A stretch of DNA of 62,897 nt, filler included, from Platydemus manokwari (taxonomy: Eukaryota), in the NCBI GenBank assembly GCA_037951405.1. It is 5 parts of 5 records of this genome, joined end to end, with 100 filler letters (N's around TTAATTAATTAA, not from the genome) between each part and the next. Parts side by side here need not be neighbours in the genome. Positions count along the whole stretch, not along the records: positions 51,154 to 62,897 come from JBBMOY010488887.1; 4 more parts are not named here. One strand, written 5' to 3'. The translations under genes and the position numbers were made by a program. Under the pieces are notes generated by a model. It worked only from the letters and a program-made list of their open reading frames with translations. It ran no database searches and had not been told where the DNA came from. Each line of letters begins with the position of its first letter. Positions within the stretch are counted from its first letter, which is position 1. This document shows, piece by piece, positions 56,701 to 62,897 of the stretch.

Positions 56701-59668
56701 TGTATTTTTAAATCTACACATCATTATGTCTGCTATGTTAGTTTAATAATGATTTCATTTATCTATACCGGTAATCGTTTTCAATAATTACATTGGCTTA
56801 GCTAGGAAATTATTAAATCACCCAATTGTCGTTCTATAATCCCCATTTATTAAAGGAATCATTTCTATCTAATATGATTTCATATCCTAGAGTTCTTACT
56901 GCATCTATATATTTTTTAATTTATTTTGTCATATTCAAAGCTTGTTTTTTTATTATTGAAATAAGCTTTATATTTAATGAATGCATTTTTATTATGTAGA
57001 TATTAAATTTTAATAAATAATCTTATAGTAATTTACAATTTATTGTCATTATTATATATCAAGCTCCATTATCATATTTATAAATGATAAAAAATTCAGT
57101 TTGACCTACATACGTGAAATAGTTTTTATTATATATAGAAATGATATTTCTCACCATTCAGGCCATTATATTCCATCTGAAATATATTTTCAAAATAGAT
57201 ATTTACGTACTTTTCCTCAAACTACTGTATTCATATTATTTTATCAATAACATGTAGATAAATAAATGGTTTGTGCAAAAGGGTTTGGCAACAGTTTTCA
57301 TCATGGATGAGTTTTATTATTTCAGCATGTTATCAATTTTCTCTTCATTGTTTTTGATATCATTTTCAGTTGATTTATTATCATACATATATGGTTCTGT
57401 AAATGACAATTTAGTTCTGCATTTGTATTGTTGTATATTCACTTAATATTATGAACAATATTGAGTTTAAATGTCGTACTCGTATGCTTTACAACACAAT
57501 ACAATTTAACAATCTGTATAGTTCTTATTTGAAGACTGACTTAAATAGGTTTCCTTTCTCACGTTGTTTTAATGTTAATCACTTGGTTAGAAGTCAAAAT
57601 GACTATATAGATTAAATATGTATTGATAAAACAATATGGATTGATATTCTATCGATCAATCATTGATTATTGATTGGTTGTTTCAGAATATTGTATAATA
57701 GCAACTATTCAAACACTTGTTTGAAGTCATTTTGAAATCAATATTCATTGTCAATAATATAACTCTTATAAATTACTAATCATTGAGTTATTATTTTGCT
57801 AATTATGTGTGAATCACTGAAATTTATTACTTCATATTAAGTTCAGGACTTTGTGAAACATCTGACAACATATTATTTATTTATTTTTATTGATGAACTT
57901 TTTAAGCAAATTTTAATATGAATATGTATAGCGATATCTTATGTGGTTATTTTTCTTTACAAAAGCGATCATTTCAATAAAAACCCGTATATATTTTTTA
58001 TTTGGAATCTTTTATTATACCTGGTCATAAAATAATAAGTTCATATTGAAACCGGAAGTATTGACAAGATTTCATAATAAAATCCAATCAACTATTATAT
58101 CAATTAAGATGAATAAATCAACCATAAGTGTTACAGAGTATCATCCTAATATATCATTGTATTCAAGATAAATTTAATTATGATGAAGGTCAGTTTTATT
58201 ACAAAAATATCACTTTCATTTTATTTGAAGCTGAAATATCTATAGTAATCGGTTTTAATAAAAAAAACAATTGTCACAAGTTCTCAATCATATTTTAAAT
58301 CCGCATTATTTAGCTCTCGGGAAATATTCGAAGCTTTTATGATATTTATATTCTCTAATATCAAGAAATTAAATTTAAATTTATCAAAAAGAATACCAAA
58401 GCAGAATTCTGTATACATGTGTATACACCATAGTGTAAGATATCAAATAATAGATTCTAGTAAACAATTTGTAACCGAAATTTTATGGTTGTTTCGTTAA
58501 TATTAGCATTTATTATTTACTGAAACATTATTTCTATCGAATATATTTATGGTATTAGCCAATATTGTCAATCATAACCATTTCAATATGAAAATGTTTT
58601 GATTTTCAAATGAAAATTGTTTCTGGATTGTTATTTCATGTCAAATTAATTTGAAAATGTAGTTCATAATTAGAATGTTTATTATTATTTTAATAATATT
58701 TGATAAATAATATTAGATGCAGTATTGATAATGGATATTCTCGACATCTTTCTCGAAAGTCAATGTCTCAAGAAACTCACGTTTCATTTGAGCCACCAAG
58801 TTTGGAAAATCGAAGAAAGACTAATTTTTTTATTCAAATGACTCATAGCTTTGCTGATTGGGGTAAAACAATAGTTTCTTCGCATACTATTAGTACTGAG
58901 AATTATATCAATTCATTCTGGTCTTTATTGCATTTCCTTGATAACTTTGACACTTCTCCCATTGTGTCTTTGAAACTAGACATCATAGCTCAGGTCAAGG
59001 TGCGTGTTTTGCATGTTTTGTGAACTTTGATGTTATCATGGGATATTTTTAGCGATTGTCGCTGAAATTTGAAGCTGACCGTGAAAAGTTTTCCACATTA
59101 GAAAGCATAATAAAGAGTGAATCTACCCACTCTGTACAGTTGAATGTCGAATCAGCGACTTATGTTATCCGATCGTTAAACAGGTAAACATTGAGGTTCG
59201 ATAAAAACTGTACGGTAAAGGAGTATTTGTTTAGGTGTTTAATGTTCATTGAATATTTCTTGCGATATTTTCATGAATGGCTCTCGGTTAACAGTTCAGG
59301 TGAATATGATGAACAAGTGGTATTAAAAACCTTGATTACCCGTGCCTATGACAACACATTGGGAACGAAAATGAATTGGATTGACCAAGGCTTATTTACA
59401 GTAAAAATCATTTGTTGTTTCATATGAAAATCTTAATTTCTCATTGAATAAATAGATCATTATCAGATCTCTCCCACCGTTATCAGAATTCCTTTGTCAT
59501 TTACTGTGCCTGTATAATGATACTAATAAGCCAGTTGGTGAGATTCTGGGTATATTTAATGAAAATATTGATCAGTTGCTGGTTGATATGAAAAATTATC
59601 GTAAAAATGTTGCCACAATTAATTCATGTTTGATTCAATTTTTATCTGATATGAGAATCGAATTATGA
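53710..59668 (+). CDS. PLEKHA8: FAPP2/PLEKHA8-like protein: N-terminal PI4P-binding PH domain plus C-terminal GLTP domain (9 exons)
   Basis: Exons 53710-53749, 53795-53911, 54091-54258, 54309-54436, 54484-54695, 58717-58999, 59053-59183, 59235-59400, 59456-59668. [30 protein letters not shown]...KGSINLAVC...[10 protein letters not shown]...[14 protein letters not shown] is a FAPP-type PH domain. [19 protein letters not shown] and AYDNTL..W mark a GLTP fold. Confidence 0.9.
55332..55453. repeat. 36-bp minisatellite, ~3.4 copies, in PLEKHA8 intron
   Basis: Unit aatctgtgatgaatatatgataatatggattggatg. Confidence 0.93.
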
Positions 59669-62600
59669 ATTTCATTGTCTGTGATATATCTTGATTGGAA
59701 AAATATTGATTTTTTATGTTATATTTATGCAAAATAATATGTGATTAATTCAGGTGATTAGGCAGCCACCTTTACAAATAATTGTGTAAATTTATTCAAC
59801 ACATGAATCACCATGTTTATCCCTTTATCTTATCTAATGTTATCAATTGGAAATATAAAATCGTTATGAAAAAAATCATTAAATTCCTCACATTTAATTG
59901 TAAATTATGATTATTATTAGATTCCAGATCTAATTTTCACATTACCTTGATAATCTAATAATATTATCTACAAATATTATTTTTAAATTATGAAATTAAT
60001 AATAATTAAGTACTTTTGTATCCATTTTATAAATCAAAATTTAACTTAACCCTCATATCTGATATTTAATCGATCTGTTATACAACTCAAATGGGTGTGA
60101 TTATGTAACTGTGCTACTTTTTGACCGAGAGATAGTACCAGAAATTGAAAACAGATATTAGTATTTGAATTGTTCAAAACTTCTCAACCATTACATAATA
60201 TCCACAAACATTATGTAACTTATTTACAAGTATCCAAAATATTGAAGTGTTATAATTTTTGAAGTTTATACAAATAAGCCCCTGCTTTAATATTATGAAA
60301 AATATATTATAATAAATAATAAGAGTATAAAATATTTATTTAACAAATTGAAATACATTTCCAATCAATGACTAAGAATCATTCAAATCAGAATTTGCAG
60401 TCTTAAATTTCATTTATAATCAAGGATATAAAAGTGTTTGCATTCAGCACCAAAAACGATTCTAAAATTGAAATTTAATATTCAATTAGTGCATCTAATC
60501 TTAAGCACCGGAGTAATTATCTGCTACCTTATTCAAGGCATATTTTATGGAAAAGACTAAGAAGTCTTGTGGATAAAGATATTAAAATGAATAAGATATC
60601 CAATAAAAAGTAATAACACGATAATGTTGGGTTACCAGTGAGGGTGTTTGGGATGTTCTTTGCTGGGCTTGCAAGAAATTGTCGAACGAGGTATTAATGA
60701 TGAAAAATAAATGAACAACACTATTCAAAGAATCATTTCATTATTGGATATTTTCACAAGTGGCATTAGACACCAGTAAACTAGATTGTACTATCCAGTG
60801 CTAAATCCCATTTAAATAACATTCTGGTTATGTATTTATAGTATTTGGATATTTGTTATTTTCTTATCATTTATTATTTGACATTGAATTCTGTAGCTGA
60901 CAATCAATTACATAGCACAGTATTGAATTATTTATTTATAATTTTAAAATATGCATAATAGTTTTATATACCAAACTTGAAGTTAGAATGTAAATTTTAG
61001 ATTTGTTTATAAAAATCGCAGGCCGAATTAAAATATTTTTACGAATTATATATTGATATTAAGTCTTAAATCTTTATTAAGCTTTTATAAACTATCGAAA
61101 ATTAAGACATAACAATAGTAAAATATGATGCATAATGATATCTAATAATGGAATTTGGAATAAGTGATAAAGCCATGGAGCAACCCTTAAAGAGTAGGTA
61201 CATTCAGGCAACAAGTGCATGTGACCAATCAGACGCCTCTAAAATATCAGCTCATAAATAGAATTCGATCGTCAATTGACTCACTGCAATATCGTGTAAC
61301 GAACACAGAGGTTTGCAATTAACATTCGAAATAGAATAAAATCTATCCCTAGTAGGACAACAGTTTAACAAGTCTATAAAACTAGTTGAATCTTGATAAC
61401 AATTAACAGTTTTTTGTGGCTTGTAATTTCTGTGCTTTCAAGTGCTGATCCCTTTGTGATCTGACATTTTGCTTTTAGAGCTTTCGTTTTTCTTATGATC
61501 TTATCAAATTTATATGCAGATCAAAATAAATTAGAAACAAGTAAATTAATAATATCGGATTAGCAAAATGTTATTTAATATATGGAAATTAAGACAAGCA
61601 AAGTAGAAAAAATAAATCATTTTATTTAAAAAATAGAAAAGAAATCGAATAGAGTAATTCACAAACATTTCGCCATAAAAAGTATATTATAAATAATCAA
61701 TAGTAATCGGAGAAAGAGAACAACATATATAGTCAAATAGTGTAAGAGTGAAAATAATTTGGAAATCATGTAGAAGATACTTCCTATCTAAGGAAAACAA
61801 TGGAGATATTCGAATATCATCAAAAAGAACCAAGTTGGCTCATGCGTATTTTAGATTATTAACTGACATTGAATGCTGAAAATTATAACTTGAATCACAA
61901 TGAGTTACAAATTCAACTAATCATCAAATATAATTATAAATCACAATAAACCATCAATAGATATCACTCAAAATGAAAATAAAACACGAAAGTTGAGTAC
62001 AAAGCAGAAAACAAAAATGAAGACTGATTGTCAGAAAAAGTCACATAGAATGAAAGTCACTGACCGATAAAACTGGCAAATGCTCGTAAAATTAAATTAT
62101 TTTATAGACTCATCGTTTGTGTTCAATCGATAGAGTAGACTAAATATCGGTCTGTTAACAAATTTATCTTATATTTCTCGTATCATATGTTAATACTTGA
62201 ATTTGTTATCATTTATTATTATGCACTAGTCGATTATTAAATTCTAAATATTAAATTATATATTTCAAAGAAGTCTGATTGACTATTGACATCTGCCCTT
62301 ATCAAATCTGTGAGTATTAACTCTTTGTAGGTGATTTCCCTAGTTTCCATGAATATTTTGGTATTTTTTGACCTACCCAACACATCCATCAATGCTACAG
62401 TTAATAAATTCTGAAAATCACACAGACATGATGTTGGGATCCTCACCTGACACTATAACATTAAACAGATTCTTCCCTAAAATTGTAAATAGACCAAACC
62501 GCTATAGCCATGAAACCCAGTTAGAGCTAATATGTAGAAACCCCAAATGTAAATTATTTCCCTATAAAATATGCGCCGTAAGATGCTCTTGAGTGTGGAC

Positions 62601-62897
62601 TGAGTTGCCAAGAAATAATCAATTCAAATATGCTGCGAGCCAACAATCCGCCATCCCTCAACATCGGACATTCATCAAAATTAACAATTTATTAACAATT
62701 GATCTATTCTTTATTCTTGCTCTGACAATATCCTATGTGTTACCCAATAATTGGGTTTAGCTATGTATTATTACAATTTTATATTCAACAAAGTTATTTA
62801 TTTGTTTCAACAATTTTATGTTCAACAATGTTATTTATTTGTGTTTTATTACAACTGCGTATGTATTATTTTATTTTTTGTTGTAAAATCCGGTGGA

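Noticed and set aside
60400-62700. Coding-like patches at the window end
   Set aside because: Interrupted by stops in all frames; could not be assigned to a gene or TE family
1-62897. tRNA, rRNA, U2 or spliced-leader RNA genes, and a non-standard genetic code
   Set aside because: No RNA-gene consensus seen by eye. Host genes translate cleanly with the standard code, and in-frame stops are confined to decayed elements.

Overview
This is very AT-rich eukaryotic (metazoan) genomic DNA, not prokaryotic. Genes are split by GT-AG introns, many only about 40-55 nt long, and the intergenic and intronic space is full of decayed transposons. The style resembles a flatworm/planarian-type genome, but that assignment is only a guess. 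Six host genes can be read by manual splicing: the last exon of an R-SMAD (Smad2/3 type, +), a METTL27/WBSCR27-like methyltransferase (+), cytosolic 5'-nucleotidase III (NT5C3, +), Jouberin/AHI1 (+, starting 147 bp after the NT5C3 stop), a 5'-partial PNISR-like SR protein (-), and a PH+GLTP FAPP2/PLEKHA8-like gene (+). Mobile DNA includes a decayed Ty3/gypsy element and two further gag fragments, two RLE-type non-LTR relics, a NeSL/Utopia-like non-LTR element with a Ulp1-type protease motif, a dispersed ~250-bp repeat and a probable mariner end. The four N-gaps carry an artificial TTAATTAATTAA linker. I found no unequivocal new multi-gene system. The best leads are a chain of 5-29-nt micro-exons at the PNISR 3' end, a possible trans-spliced NT5C3-AHI1 operon, a FAPP2 with a degenerate glycolipid-binding site, and an old inverted duplication of an unknown ORF family. 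All homology calls come from recalled motifs, not database searches.
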